Part shown: positions 34,521 through 44,426 of the stretch, in pieces
Position numbering within the stretch: the stretch's first letter is position 1
Layout: each line of letters opens with the position of its first letter
DNA from: Candidatus Iainarchaeum sp.
Lineage (GTDB): Archaea > Iainarchaeota > Iainarchaeia > Iainarchaeales > JAGVWC01
NCBI GenBank assembly: GCA_018304465.1
Contig: JAGVWC010000012.1
Coordinates: forward strand, 999 to 64,998
Reading direction: 5' to 3'
DNA: 64,000 nt
Made by a program: the position numbers and the translations under genes
The notes under the pieces: model-generated
Told to the model about the DNA's origin: nothing
Seen by the model: the letters and a program-made list of their open reading frames with translations, nothing else
The model's database searches: none

Positions 34521-37500
34521 GTGTCAACCGAATTTAACGAAGCAGTGAATCAGTTCAAGGAAAAATGGGTTGCGCCGCATCGCACCGTGATTTTGAGCGC
34601 TCTCGTGGCCGGGTTTATTCTGGCGTCCTTGTTTGTTTTTTTTCTGATTCCAAACACATCCACGGTGACGATCCGGTTTGAAGACCAAAACCATGTCGCT
34701 GTGAAAAACGTTTTGGTGGTCGTCCGTCAGCCGTTTTCGAAAACGTTGGAGTCAAACGCTTCCGGAACCATTGAAGTGATCGCGTCGCCAAACGACACGA
34801 TTTTTTTTCGCGCGGAAAAACCCGGGTTTTCGGTCATTGAAGCCAACATCACGCCCGAAAATCGGAAACCGGTGCACGTGTTTGAATTGGAATCCGCGTC
34901 CAAAACCAGTATTCAAACCATCGTGTTTTCGGGGCTGGATAATCAAAAAATTGTCGGAAAACAACTCGAAGTCCGGTTGAGTTGCGCAAATCTAAATGCG
35001 TCGATGGCACCGGCTGAAAAAACGGTTTCTTCGGAGGATCCGTTGCCGGTCACGTTGCCCAAGGATTGCGGCGGTTTGGTTGTTTCGGTTGTTTCTCCCG
35101 TGGAGTATGCGGGTTATTCATATTCGGTGAGCGCGGAATCGGGATTGATCCGGCTGAAAACAAAAAAGGCGGAAGCGGCAAGACCCGGCGGGTCTTTGAC
35201 GGTTCGGGTCACGGCCGAAAAAGGAAGCGTTTTGGCGTCGGATTTGGAAGCGGTGTTGTTCTTGGATTCGAAACGGTTGTCGGAACAGACGGTTCAAAAC
35301 GGTTCGGTCGTGTTTGAAAACCTGGAACCCGGAAAATACGCGGTTCGGTTGCATGACCGCAAAGGCGTGTGGGCGGACGCGGTTTCGGAGATCGCGTCGT
35401 TGTCTTCGGGAAAAAAAGGAGCGGTGTCGGTTTCGCTTCGTCAAGCCGTTGGAAAAATTTCAATGCAAACCTCGGATGCTTCGTCTTCTTTCCCGGTCGC
35501 GGGCGCGTGGGTGTCGATCGTGAATCCTTCAACGAACGCGTTGCTTGGCATCGGACAAACCGATCACGCGGGAAAAATCGTTTTTTCTTTTTCGCAAGCG
35601 GTTCCAAGCGGATTGGTCGCGGATATTTTCGCTCAAGGGTATTCGTTTCTTTCTCGGCGGCCCGTGACGGAACAAAACGAGTATCATTTGATTCCGGTTC
35701 AAAAAAAATCGGTTCAAATCGTTCGGGTGGTGGATTCTTCCGGGCAGTTGTTGGAAAACGCGCGGGTGTTTGCCGCGAACCCGGATTCGTTTGAAGCGTT
35801 TTCTTCGGTGTCGTATCAGGCAACGGATCATACGGGAACCGCGCGGTTTGAGGGGTTGTCAGGGCCCGTCGGGTTTGTGGGTTCCAAAGGATTGTTAAGC
35901 GGAAAATCAGGCGTGGTGGAGATCGGAAAAGGAACCGAGGTGCGCATCGTGCTGGTTTCGTCTGCGGCCACGATGCAGATTCGGGTGACGGATGAATCCG
36001 CTAAAGGAATTGCCGGTGCCCAGGTGTCGGTCAAAAACCGGTTAGGCGGAATTAGCGAGCTTAAAACCGGTTCGAATGGATCGGTGGGATTAAACGCCAA
36101 TGAAGGGGACGAAGTCCAGTTATCGGTTTCAAAAGAAGGGTTTTCGAGGGTTGAAACGGATTGGTTTTGGGTGCAACACCAGTCCGAACGGATCGTGGTG
36201 TTATCCAAGCCGTCTTCTCGGGTTTTGATCGAATGGGAAGGTGTGTTTGATCCGAACGGAAAACCCGTGACCAGTTTGTCGCCAAAAAGCAGGTATTTGG
36301 CCCGGATAGCGGTCAGCGTTCCGGATGATTCGGTGGAGACCGGCGTGATGATGGCGGTCGGAAACAAAACCGACGTCACGGAAGAAAACGCGTTCATTTC
36401 GTTTGTGGATTCCACGGGAATGGATATTTCCATGGGAAAAAAGCTGGACAGCACCTTAAGTGAAACGGAATTGGTTTCGGCTCAAAACTTGGATTTTTCA
36501 AAAGCCAAATGGGTTTTGTTGCGGCAGTTTAATCCCAAGCCGGGCAAACGGTTGGTGGGCGTTTGGTTTGAAACAACGGCGGGTTTTTCGGAGCCGCTTG
36601 AAATCCAGTTCAGGGCGTGGAACCGCTCTGCGGGCGGGATTCAACTGGATCCGGCGGATTCGCAAGCGCAAGCAAAGCAAAAGCCGCTTCTTTTTTCGAA
36701 CATGCGCGCAATCACGGTGGCTGCAAGCGGTTTGGGTTCGGATTGTCTGGAAACGATTTGTGTTTCAAACCTTCAGCTGGAAACCGAATCCGAAGTGGAT
36801 TCGGAACCGCCGTTTGACTTAGCGTCTTCTGCACATGGGTCTTTGCATTTGTCCGTTAAAAATACGTCCAGTGAAAACCTGAATGAATTGTCGTTTTCGG
36901 TGGCAAAAACCCAGGATGACGCGGCGACCCCGCTTTTTACCGTGCAGGAAATTCGCGTGGCGGGACAGAAAAAAGACGCGCCGGTTTTGTTTGATTTGAA
37001 AGCGGGAGAAGAAAAAGAAATCGAGGTCGTGTTGGAAGGAAAAACCACGGGACCGTTCGGATTAAAATTGTCTTTGTTGAACCGGGAAGAACCGTTGTGG
37101 GAAAGGGAAATCGCGTTTAATCCGAGTCAAAATCGTTCCTTGAAAATGAATCTGGATGCGTTGTCGGTGCCGGCGTTTTCCCCGTTTTTGCTTTCGATTG
37201 TGGTGCAAGACGCCGCGACATTGGAAGCGGTTCCGGACGCGCTCGTAACGATCGAGAGAACGTCTCCGGACGGGTCCGTTTCGGTGTCTTCGATGCGTGC
37301 GGATAGTCTTGGAACGGCGGAATTTGATTTTACGGGAGTGCCAAACGGCACAAGTTTATACATAACTTCTTCCAGCGATGGCTTCGATCCCTCCTCCGCA
37401 ACGCTTATGGCCACTCCGTTGCTTTCGTTTTCCCCGCCGTTTATCGGGGTTTTGCTTTCGGGTGAAAACAGGGATGAAAAAGCGGTGATTTCGGTTCAAA

Positions 37501-40500
37501 ACCTTACGACCGAAAAAATCAAAGTGAACCGGATTGATTGGACGGGAAATTTCTTTTCGATCATCAACATGACCAAACTCTTGTCCGACGCCGATGCTTT
37601 TTCGGGAAGCGAAATCGGAAGCGGCGGTTTTGTCTCGGCCGAGTACGCGTTTAATTTGCATTCCGCGTTTTCTCCGACAGTAGACGAGTCTTTTTCGGGA
37701 ACCCACCTCGTCGAAGCGGCTTTGGGCGTCCAGAAATTCGTTTTCGTTTTGCCGGTGGAAGTAACCGTGAAGGCGAATCCGCAGACCGCGAATGCGGAGG
37801 ATTGTCTTAAGGTGAGCCAATCCGCGTGGAGCGGAAACACCGTGGAAAATCGCAGCGATTTCGCGTTTGTATTGGAAAACAATTGCGATGAGGATTTTTC
37901 GTCGCTTGAATCCCAGGTGGTTTGGGACAAAAATCCGATTGGAAACATCGAGTTGTCTTTTGACCAGCAGTCGCCGGTCGCGCTTGCGGACAAACAGTGG
38001 GCGTCTCTTGCGGAAACGGTTCCGAAAAAAGAATTCGCCGGAATACTGACGTTTACGCCAGGCGAAAACGAATTGGGGCAAGAAGCCAAGTTTACCGTGT
38101 ATCTCGCGGGGGTCAAACGATCCGATAAAGCCAGGGTGTTTTCCAAGACGATTTCGGCGAGCATCGCGGTGACGAATCTTGAAAATTGTTTGGTGTATTC
38201 GCCACATCCGGGCACGGGGTTGTCGATTGAGTACGGAAAAGAATCGGCGTTTTCCTTGGACGCGTCCGGCTGCGGAGAACTGGATCTTTCGGTTGAATTG
38301 TGCAAAGACGATCCGGGTTGTTCGGGCGGAGCGCCGGAAGGAAAAATTTCCGTGGAACCGCTTGAATTCGATTTGGGTGTTGAAAACCCGGTTCAGGAAA
38401 TCAGGGTCAAAGGAATGGATTTGCCCGGAACGTACGACATCGGGGTTTTTGCGCAGACGCCATCAATCGATTTTGTTCAGATCAGTACCATGGCGATTCG
38501 GATTAAAACGGATCCGAACGCGTTTTTGGATCTTGAAAAAACCGAGTTTTTCCTTAAAGGCGCCGGCAAAACGGATTCCGCGCAGGTGGAAAACAGGAAC
38601 CTTTCAACCATCGTGAATGTGGAAGCGCGTGCCGAAGACTGGGCGCGATTGTCCGGAGAAAACCTTGCAGCGTTTTCGTTGGCTGGCACAGGCTTGTCAC
38701 CGGCAGGCGCCTCGGCGTTGGTGGACGCGGCCACGGAGGCCAAAAACCAGGCCGCCGAACTTGCGCGTTCCACGGCGCAGCAAATGGAACAGGCCCAGCA
38801 ATTGTCCCAACAAGCCATGAACCAGCAGAACGATTCGGCCCAAAAGACTTCGGACGCCGAACAACAGGTGAGCACCGCGGCCGGGCTTGGTTCGCAAGGC
38901 GTGAACATGATTCAGATGCTTTCGACGCAATGCGCCGCGGTTGAAACCGCATGTGTTACTCCGATTTATCCCGCGTGCCAAGGCATTCCGCAGGCATGCG
39001 CCGCTGCACAGAGTATTTTCGGAGCGTTAAAAGGCGCGGAAGGCGCGGGAAATGCCGCGGCCGGCGCGGTGCAAGAAGCCCTTGAACAAACCGGTCCCCC
39101 TGGAGTCGTTTTGGCGAAAGGACAAAAAGATTCCTTGTTTAGGATCTTGTTGGCGGGCGCAAACGCGGTGGGTTCCGCCCAAACCGCGTTAACGGAAATT
39201 AATAGTGCGGAGCAAACCGCGGCCGTGGAGACCTCAGCGGAATTATCCCAAGGCGCCGAAAGCGCAAGCGGTCTTGGAGCCAGTTCGTGTCAGAACAGCA
39301 ATCAAGCGCAGCAATCCGCGCAAGAAGCGGGTCAGAAAACCGGGCAAGCGGGAATGAACCTGGGATTGGCGGGCGCAAGCATCGGAATGTCGGTCACGCA
39401 AGCCGCGGCCATGGAAGCGTCCATGGGTTCGTGTACGTGTCCCGCGGCGGTTTCGATGAAAAACCAGTTTTATGCATTTAAAGGGGTGCAAACGAGTCTG
39501 GATGGAACCAACGTGGCCGCGACTTCGGCCGCCAATGACCAGGCCAAACCCAGTCAGCAGCAAGCGCAAATGGGGTCGCAGGCCGCGTCCGCGGCGGCTT
39601 GTGCGGCAAGCGAACAGTTAAACAAGTTCGCGGATGCGTCCGAACAGTTGTCCGGGGATCTGAACGGGGAAAACGAGGAAGTCACCCAAAATATCGCGGC
39701 GATTTTGGCCGGCGGGGTTTCTACCGGATACCTGGAAGGCATTTATCGTCCGGATGATGTGGTGCGAAATCAGTTAACGGGATTTGTGATTAATTTGAAA
39801 GCGGACGCCAAAACCGTTTCAACGGGAACCGAAAAAGTGTCAGGCGTGTTTGAAACCACGGATGCCTCGGTCGTGGGCGAATACAAAACCCAGTCCGCCG
39901 GCGTCGTTTTCTCGAACAAGTCGCTTGAAGAAGAAACGATTTTTGCAACCGTCGTGCTGGATACGAATCTGCACGAATATGCCGATCCTACGGTTGTTCC
40001 GGCGGGAGCAACGGGCTGGGGGCCTTTCCAATTGGAGTCGTTAAGTGAAGTGTCGTCGCACCAGCAAAAATTCCATGTCAAGTTCACGGGAAAAGAAGAG
40101 CCCCAAGTGATCGAACAGCAAGGACAACACGCGGTTGCATGTCAAAGTGGAGCCTTGTTGGGCCGAACCGGTCCGGACGCGTTGCCGAGAATCAAGTTGA
40201 AGTGGAACTGGACCGATATCACGTTGGATTCATGCGACGCGAAAAACCCGGATTTCATTTACTGTGACGCCACCCAATTCTCCATCATGATGACCAAACG
40301 CTTGTACGCGTTACGGGAGTTTTTGTCCCAAAACACCCATCTGAGTTGTCCGACGAACACGTACCAGGTGAACCTGGACGCGGAAATGAGCGGTTTTAAC
40401 CGGCAATTGAACGCGGGATTCGCGTCCGCCAATTATGTTTCGGGTTGCTGGTTGCCGCGTTCCACGCGCTTGTTTGACAAACGCTCCGCGCTGGAATATT

Positions 40501-41810
40501 TCGTGGAAGCGACTCCGGATATTTCCTGGACCGACGATGTTCCGAATGTGTCGGCGTTGCATGATTTGCTTTTTTTCGACGCGTATTTGATCCAGGACGG
40601 TTACTCGCCGGATTTTGGGGAAGATTTCACTTTTTTCTTTTCCAACGTGGCGTTTGCGGACACGCCCAATTATTTTTTCAACGATCCGTCCAAGCAAAAC
40701 ATGTCCGAGTTTTTTGACAAACAGAAAATTTCGTTTTCCCAAAAATTTTCCGGCAGCGATCAGCTTCCGACCAGCGGTCTTTTTTCCGTTGAAACCAACG
40801 CGGATTTTTCGGAGGAATGGTCTTTTTTTGGAGCGAACCAGGTGCCGTCCGCAAGCTTCAATATCGAATTTTTGTATGAGGAATCGGGTCAACTCGACAG
40901 CCCGTTTTATTATCTGCCGTTTGACGGCGAAGTCGGGGTGCGGGGCGAGGAGTTTGAGCGAAATGGTTACGGCGTCGGATACGATGTGTTGGGAGACAAC
41001 GAGTTCCGGATTTCGCGCGCAAGCGAAGTGCACACGCGGCAAAATTCTGGAACCGCGTTCCAGCAGTTTTCGGTTTTGAAAAAATCTTCGTTTGGAGAGC
41101 TTAATTTGATTCCGTCGCGGCGCGGGTATATTTTGGACGTGTACCAGAATTCGAACACGAAAAAAACAGGCGTTTTTTCGCCGTCGATTGCCACGCCGGT
41201 TCTTTTGAAAGTGCATCAAGACCAATCGCTCAAGCCGTTTTCCGCCTTGTATTCGCTTCGCATTGGGGACAACGCCATGGATGTCGGGGAACAGTCGGCG
41301 TTCTGGAGCGGCGCGGGGGCTTGCCTTGATTTTGACGGAAAAGACGTGGCCGACAACTGGCGTTTTTCGGCGGATCGGCGGGGACAGGCATCCGATCACG
41401 TGACCGGAGCGGAAAAGTTTTACGGGATTTCGTGGCCCAAAGCCGATGAAGAAGCGACGGTGTATCTCAAAACGGTTTTTTTCCTTCCGATTGGAACGGG
41501 TTTCGATTTGCGATCGGAGACACTCAACGTGCGGTTTTTGACGGCGGACGAGCTTGAAGCGTCTTCCGTTAAACTCGGTGGGATTTCGACAATGGCGTTT
41601 AACCGCCGCGGATCAACGGCGACCGATCACGTCACGGCGTTGGATGATTTGTTCGATTTGGTTTTCGAGCAAAAAGTATGCGTGACCAATACGGGGATTC
41701 GATCCAGTTTCTGGTGGAACCCCGACGCGGTGTTCGAACAGCGGGGCTTAAGCGGAAAAAGCATCGATGAAACCGAAAGTGGTTTGGTTTCCGGCACTAC
41801 CTGTCGGTAA
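34521..41810 (+). CDS. Giant envelope protein, fused modules A-linker-B (unit 4, 2429 aa).
   Basis: GTG start. Has a TM anchor 'VILSALVAGFILASLFVFFLI' but lacks the YY-ED-YY motif. A repeats are present, including the Cys pair 'LSCANL...PKDCGG'. The B core is close to unit 3 and includes near-identical DNA stretches. Confidence 0.85.
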   Translation: MSTEFNEAVNQFKEKWVAPHRTVILSALVAGFILASLFVFFLIPNTSTVTIRFEDQNHVAVKNVLVVVRQPFSKTLESNASGTIEVIASPNDTIFFRAEKPGFSVIEANITPENRKPVHVFELESASKTSIQTIVFSGLDNQKIVGKQLEVRLSCANLNASMAPAEKTVSSEDPLPVTLPKDCGGLVVSVVSPVEYAGYSYSVSAESGLIRLKTKKAEAARPGGSLTVRVTAEKGSVLASDLEAVLFLDSKRLSEQTVQNGSVVFENLEPGKYAVRLHDRKGVWADAVSEIASLSSGKKGAVSVSLRQAVGKISMQTSDASSSFPVAGAWVSIVNPSTNALLGIGQTDHAGKIVFSFSQAVPSGLVADIFAQGYSFLSRRPVTEQNEYHLIPVQKKSVQIVRVVDSSGQLLENARVFAANPDSFEAFSSVSYQATDHTGTARFEGLSGPVGFVGSKGLLSGKSGVVEIGKGTEVRIVLVSSAATMQIRVTDESAKGIAGAQVSVKNRLGGISELKTGSNGSVGLNANEGDEVQLSVSKEGFSRVETDWFWVQHQSERIVVLSKPSSRVLIEWEGVFDPNGKPVTSLSPKSRYLARIAVSVPDDSVETGVMMAVGNKTDVTEENAFISFVDSTGMDISMGKKLDSTLSETELVSAQNLDFSKAKWVLLRQFNPKPGKRLVGVWFETTAGFSEPLEIQFRAWNRSAGGIQLDPADSQAQAKQKPLLFSNMRAITVAASGLGSDCLETICVSNLQLETESEVDSEPPFDLASSAHGSLHLSVKNTSSENLNELSFSVAKTQDDAATPLFTVQEIRVAGQKKDAPVLFDLKAGEEKEIEVVLEGKTTGPFGLKLSLLNREEPLWEREIAFNPSQNRSLKMNLDALSVPAFSPFLLSIVVQDAATLEAVPDALVTIERTSPDGSVSVSSMRADSLGTAEFDFTGVPNGTSLYITSSSDGFDPSSATLMATPLLSFSPPFIGVLLSGENRDEKAVISVQNLTTEKIKVNRIDWTGNFFSIINMTKLLSDADAFSGSEIGSGGFVSAEYAFNLHSAFSPTVDESFSGTHLVEAALGVQKFVFVLPVEVTVKANPQTANAEDCLKVSQSAWSGNTVENRSDFAFVLENNCDEDFSSLESQVVWDKNPIGNIELSFDQQSPVALADKQWASLAETVPKKEFAGILTFTPGENELGQEAKFTVYLAGVKRSDKARVFSKTISASIAVTNLENCLVYSPHPGTGLSIEYGKESAFSLDASGCGELDLSVELCKDDPGCSGGAPEGKISVEPLEFDLGVENPVQEIRVKGMDLPGTYDIGVFAQTPSIDFVQISTMAIRIKTDPNAFLDLEKTEFFLKGAGKTDSAQVENRNLSTIVNVEARAEDWARLSGENLAAFSLAGTGLSPAGASALVDAATEAKNQAAELARSTAQQMEQAQQLSQQAMNQQNDSAQKTSDAEQQVSTAAGLGSQGVNMIQMLSTQCAAVETACVTPIYPACQGIPQACAAAQSIFGALKGAEGAGNAAAGAVQEALEQTGPPGVVLAKGQKDSLFRILLAGANAVGSAQTALTEINSAEQTAAVETSAELSQGAESASGLGASSCQNSNQAQQSAQEAGQKTGQAGMNLGLAGASIGMSVTQAAAMEASMGSCTCPAAVSMKNQFYAFKGVQTSLDGTNVAATSAANDQAKPSQQQAQMGSQAASAAACAASEQLNKFADASEQLSGDLNGENEEVTQNIAAILAGGVSTGYLEGIYRPDDVVRNQLTGFVINLKADAKTVSTGTEKVSGVFETTDASVVGEYKTQSAGVVFSNKSLEEETIFATVVLDTNLHEYADPTVVPAGATGWGPFQLESLSEVSSHQQKFHVKFTGKEEPQVIEQQGQHAVACQSGALLGRTGPDALPRIKLKWNWTDITLDSCDAKNPDFIYCDATQFSIMMTKRLYALREFLSQNTHLSCPTNTYQVNLDAEMSGFNRQLNAGFASANYVSGCWLPRSTRLFDKRSALEYFVEATPDISWTDDVPNVSALHDLLFFDAYLIQDGYSPDFGEDFTFFFSNVAFADTPNYFFNDPSKQNMSEFFDKQKISFSQKFSGSDQLPTSGLFSVETNADFSEEWSFFGANQVPSASFNIEFLYEESGQLDSPFYYLPFDGEVGVRGEEFERNGYGVGYDVLGDNEFRISRASEVHTRQNSGTAFQQFSVLKKSSFGELNLIPSRRGYILDVYQNSNTKKTGVFSPSIATPVLLKVHQDQSLKPFSALYSLRIGDNAMDVGEQSAFWSGAGACLDFDGKDVADNWRFSADRRGQASDHVTGAEKFYGISWPKADEEATVYLKTVFFLPIGTGFDLRSETLNVRFLTADELEASSVKLGGISTMAFNRRGSTATDHVTALDDLFDLVFEQKVCVTNTGIRSSFWWNPDAVFEQRGLSGKSIDETESGLVSGTTCR
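40179..40304 (+). repeat. Partner copy of 32065-32190.
   Basis: Same comparison: 122 of 126 nt are identical. Confidence 0.9.
41637..41723 (+). repeat. Partner copy of 33541-33627.
   Basis: 84 of 87 nt are identical. Confidence 0.9.
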
Positions 41811-41851
41811 GATTCGGGGAACTTTTTTAAACTGTTAGATGGATGGTATAA

Positions 41852-42436
41852 TTGAATTTTATGAATGTTTTGGCTGTTTTTCTCGTAATTTTCGGTTTGG
41901 TATTGTCCGGATGCGTTTCGATTCCGCAACCCGAAAATAAAGCGATCGAAATCGCGAACAAATCCACGGAAGGCCGCGCTTTGTTCGTGATGAGAGATGC
42001 GTTTTCGAAAACGCCGCAATGTACGGTTGAAGAATACCTGCAAGTGGTTGGAATCGTGAATCCGATGCTTGCGGGATTGTCTCCGCGCGTGCAGTTGATC
42101 ACGGATCCCGCGCAAGCGCAGGTATTGGTGGCCACGGCCAAGGAGTGCAATCCGATGGTTTTGATCAGACCAAGCGACCCGGCAAACAACAAAGCATTGG
42201 TTTCGTATTCGATTTCGACGCCTTCTGCGTGTCCGGTCAGCGACCTGGCGGGAAAAACGCGTTCCGTGCTTGAAATCGAATCGGATTTTTCCACCCAGTC
42301 ACCCAGAATCGTTTCGGGGGAATTGAAGGAATCGGATGAAAAAACCCTTCAAGGGGTTTTGCCGGCCGTGGGTTTGATGGGAAATTGTGCGGCGCCCGTT
42401 TTGATGCAATCTCAATCGGTTCCAATGTTTTCATAA
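41852..42436 (+). CDS. Putative lipoprotein (194 aa).
   Basis: Signal peptide with lipobox 'LVLSGC' and four further Cys. Starts 41 nt after the last giant gene on the same strand. Confidence 0.6.
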   Translation: MNFMNVLAVFLVIFGLVLSGCVSIPQPENKAIEIANKSTEGRALFVMRDAFSKTPQCTVEEYLQVVGIVNPMLAGLSPRVQLITDPAQAQVLVATAKECNPMVLIRPSDPANNKALVSYSISTPSACPVSDLAGKTRSVLEIESDFSTQSPRIVSGELKESDEKTLQGVLPAVGLMGNCAAPVLMQSQSVPMFS

Positions 42437-42450
42437 AAAAGGTTTTGAAT

Positions 42451-42930
42451 ATGAATGGAATTCAAAAATCAATGCTGTTATGGGGCGTCATTTGTCTTAT
42501 TGGTTTTGGCGTGTTTCAGTTTTGGCACGCAAGTCTCGCCGAAGTCAATACGACGTTAGCGGTGCTTTCCATTATCGGATTGTTCGCGTTGTATTACTGG
42601 GTACCGCAAGCCAACCGGAAAAAACTGTTGGTCGCATGGTCCATTCTCGTGATTTTGGGTTTGGTGATCAGTATTTTTTGGATGAACGGCTGGCTTTCCA
42701 CTGCGGGAATAACCGCTCCGTTCATTTCGATGTGGCTGGTATTGTTTACCCTGGGTTTTGCTTACACGGGGCATTACACCAAGGAAAACGCGTGGTTTGC
42801 CGCGGCGTTGATTCAAATCCTTCTGTTGATCGGGGTCTGGCTGCATGTGGCGTCAGTGTGGGATTTTTCTTACTTATTGCTTGGAATCATCACGGGGATC
42901 CCCTTGATTCTGATGAGTTTCAAATATTAG
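42451..42930 (+). CDS. Integral membrane protein (about 5 TM helices), hypothetical.
   Basis: Strongly hydrophobic ORF. The start was set at the ATG at 42451 ('MNGIQKSMLLWGVICLIGF'), just after the upstream stop. Confidence 0.55.
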   Translation: MNGIQKSMLLWGVICLIGFGVFQFWHASLAEVNTTLAVLSIIGLFALYYWVPQANRKKLLVAWSILVILGLVISIFWMNGWLSTAGITAPFISMWLVLFTLGFAYTGHYTKENAWFAAALIQILLLIGVWLHVASVWDFSYLLLGIITGIPLILMSFKY

Positions 42931-42946
42931 GACCTGGTGATGGAGT

Positions 42947-44185
42947 ATGCCTGAAAAATCGTTTGACGCAATCGTGGTGGGCGCGGGTCCCGGCGGGTCT
43001 ACGGCCGCGATGTATCTTGGAAACGCGGGGTACAACGTATTATTGCTTGACAAAGCGGTTTTTCCGCGCGACAAAACCTGCGGGGACGCGATTGGCGCCA
43101 AAAGCCAGGCGGTTATCCGGGAACTTGGTTTTTTGAACGAAATCGAATCGATTCCGCACGCAAAAGTGTACGGCGTGTTGTTTTCGGCGCCGAACCAGAA
43201 GTCGGTGACGATCCGGTTTCCGGGAACCGATCCGGAAAAAGGAAAAGGCGGGTATTGTATTCGCCGCGAAGTATTTGACAATTTCGTGTTTTCGCACGCA
43301 AAGAAAAACAAAAACGTGACCGCGATCGAATCGTTTCAGGTAACGGATATCGCGTCGGAAAACGGTTTTGTGGTCGGCGTCAAGGGGATGGATGTCAAAA
43401 CAAAGCAAGCCGCCGAGTTCCGCGCAAAAATCGTGGTGGGTGCGGATGGCGCGAGTTCGATCGTGGCGACCAAACTGGGGTTGAACCCCGTGATTCCGGA
43501 GCATGATTGTTTGGCGTTACGCGCGTACTATCAGGATATCGGCGGATTGACCCCCAACATCGAGATTCATTTCGTGGATTCTTTGCTCCCGGGTTACTTT
43601 TGGATTTTTCCATTGGAAAACGGACTGGCGAACGTCGGCGTTGGAATGATCACCAAGGATATCAAAGAACACAACATTAAATTGCAGGAAGAAATGTTCA
43701 AGGTCATTGAAAACCATCCGATGTTCAAGGAACGCTTCAAGAACGCAAAACGCGTAACTGACGTGAAAGGATGGCGGTTGCCGTTTGGTTCGCATCACCG
43801 AAAAGCGCATGGAAACGGCTGGGTTTTGATCGGAGACGCCGCGTCTTTAATCGATCCGTTTTCAGGCGAAGGGATTTCCAATTCGATGTATTCGGGAAAA
43901 TTGGCCGCGGAACAAATCATCGAGATCATGAACGCAAAACAGCCGCTGTCCGAAGAAGCGCTGGCGCCTTACGAGGACAAACTCTGGAAGACGCTTGGAA
44001 ACGAATTGTCCACCAGTTACAAACTGCAGCGCATCGGTCGCATCAAATTTCTCTTGAATTTGGTCGTGAGCCGCGCGTCAAAAAGCAAAAAAATGCAGGA
44101 AATGATTTCGGGAATGCTTGGAAACGAGGAAGTCAAGAAAGAATTAACGGGGCCGTTGTTTTATCTCAAGCTTTTGTTCGCGTGA
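42947..44185 (+). CDS. Geranylgeranyl reductase family flavoprotein (archaeal lipid saturase-like).
   Basis: Contains 'FDAIVVGAGPGGSTAA...LLLDKAVFPRDKTCGDAIG', 'GDAASLIDPFSGEGI' and a C-terminal helical region. Confidence 0.85.
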   Translation: MPEKSFDAIVVGAGPGGSTAAMYLGNAGYNVLLLDKAVFPRDKTCGDAIGAKSQAVIRELGFLNEIESIPHAKVYGVLFSAPNQKSVTIRFPGTDPEKGKGGYCIRREVFDNFVFSHAKKNKNVTAIESFQVTDIASENGFVVGVKGMDVKTKQAAEFRAKIVVGADGASSIVATKLGLNPVIPEHDCLALRAYYQDIGGLTPNIEIHFVDSLLPGYFWIFPLENGLANVGVGMITKDIKEHNIKLQEEMFKVIENHPMFKERFKNAKRVTDVKGWRLPFGSHHRKAHGNGWVLIGDAASLIDPFSGEGISNSMYSGKLAAEQIIEIMNAKQPLSEEALAPYEDKLWKTLGNELSTSYKLQRIGRIKFLLNLVVSRASKSKKMQEMISGMLGNEEVKKELTGPLFYLKLLFA

Positions 44186-44200
44186 ATCGGATTTGAAAAA

Positions 44201-44425
44201 ATGTCCGGGGCAGTTGAAAAATGCAAAAAATGCGGAAACGAAATGCGCTGGGGTTATTCCCAGTCCGCAGTTGATTTTGCCGCGTCCAAACGAGGCACGT
44301 CCGAACAGGAAATCATCAACGATTTTTTCGAATTAAACCCGGGCATTCTGCGGAAAAAACCGGTTCAATGCACGGTTTGTCAGGCGCCGCAAAGCGAATT
44401 CGAAACCGTACATCGGTATCCGTAA
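44201..44425 (+). CDS. Small zinc-ribbon protein (74 aa).
   Basis: Two CxxC pairs ('CKKCGNEM', 'CTVCQAP'). Confidence 0.45.
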   Translation: MSGAVEKCKKCGNEMRWGYSQSAVDFAASKRGTSEQEIINDFFELNPGILRKKPVQCTVCQAPQSEFETVHRYP

Positions 44426-44426
44426 A

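Noticed and set aside
40311-41399. A 362-aa ORF on the minus strand inside unit 4. Similar long antisense ORFs lie at 35209-35823, 37356-38207, 37496-38305, 31975-32742 and 33192-33932.
   Set aside because: They are antisense shadows of strongly supported sense genes. Their translations are low-complexity and R/K/F-rich with no motifs, while the sense frames show paralog conservation.
42480-43136. A 218-aa plus-strand ORF bridging the membrane protein and the first geranylgeranyl reductase.
   Set aside because: It is an alternate frame across two well-supported genes and has no recognisable motifs.
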